A stretch of DNA of 64,000 bases from Marsupella aquatica (Eukaryota > Plantae > Marchantiophyta), in the NCBI GenBank assembly GCA_973895155.1, contig OZ316891.1, forward strand, positions 11,840,771-11,904,770, in the 5' to 3' direction. The notes under the pieces are model-generated. The model ran no database searches. It was not told the origin of the DNA and saw nothing but the letters and a program-made list of their open reading frames with translations. Below, in pieces: positions 63,296 to 64,000 of the stretch; position 1 is the first letter of the stretch; the number at the start of each line of letters is the position of its first letter. The position numbers were made by a program, and so were the translations under genes.

Positions 63296-63420
63296 TTAGT
63301 ATAAACACTCGATTATTGCTTCCAGGTGTACATTGAGCTGCAAACAGTGCAAGCATTTTAGTATAAACACTCGATTATTGCTTCCAGGTGTACATTGAGC
63401 TGCAAACAGTGCAAGCATTT
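63296..63420. repeat. Perfect 62-bp tandem duplication
   Basis: 'ttagtataaacactcgattattgcttccaggtgtacattgagctgcaaacagtgcaagcatt' occurs twice. Confidence 0.9.
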
Positions 63421-64000
63421 GTGTTCTTAGATCCGTGGAATCAGAAAAGTGGGCAGCAGGTTGAATGTGCTCTCTAGCTCCCCGAGTTCATCATCTCACC
63501 AGACCACTTGACCGGTGATGAGCCCTGCCCAAGATGAGATTTCACTGTACTGTAACAGAAACGCGCAGACCACGCTCACGAGAATGATGGCAGGGAGAGC
63601 ACCATCGCCGCCTTAGATGTCGGGCTCCACAGGAAACCCTCTTTATTAGAGGAAGGTGTTCAAGCCGACAGACAACACAACACAAATGTTGCAACCCAGC
63701 TAAGCACCAATGAAGGTTGTGCACTGGCCAACCTGCCTAGAGGCGCAAACTGCTGTAATTATAGCAAGTATCATTACTGGCCTTGGCTACGAAATCTGTC
63801 GTTTGTTCGCCCTTGAAATCCGAGCAACAAAGTCTACAGGAATATGCTCCCAATCTCACCAACATACCTACAGTAGTGGAGCAAAATGAAGCCAAGCAAA
63901 TATTTAAATGTGCTCCAATGATCCTATTCCTGAGCCTGTGGGCTCTAGAGGATCAATATTTGGGTCCTTTATATGTTACCCTCCTCAAAAGCAACCCCAA

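Overview
Eukaryotic, intron-containing land-plant DNA; a bryophyte or other seed-free plant is my inference, not established. The first ~16 kb is a nest of decayed transposons. (i) An unclassified DNA-transposon-like unit carries a prokaryote-type beta-class amino (N4C/N6A) DNA methyltransferase gene with a spliceosomal intron, a Ulp1/C48 SUMO-protease ORF and a convergent DUF7869/DDE-like transposase (1-4363). (ii) A 7.8-kb CACTA/En-Spm element (4364-12129) has a TnpD-strand transcript that splices a SET-domain exon behind the transposase-associated Zn motif, plus a divergent TnpA-like gene. (iii) A 5'-truncated Ty1/Copia retains its 3' LTR. The rest holds host genes: a TBL/PC-esterase O-acetyltransferase, two divergent WAT1/UMAMIT transporters, a DUF3598 plastid protein and VIP3/WDR61. 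It also holds a full-length L1 LINE with a 17-bp TSD, a mini-Copia remnant, a Tourist-like MITE, a GT47 exostosin pseudogene, an intronless frameshifted microbial-type VOC/glyoxalase gene (HGT candidate) and many short tandem duplications. The headline observation is two adjacent transposons that each carry chromatin- or DNA-modifying cargo: MTase plus deSUMOylase in one, a SET domain in the other. Family assignments come from motif recognition by eye; no database searches were run.
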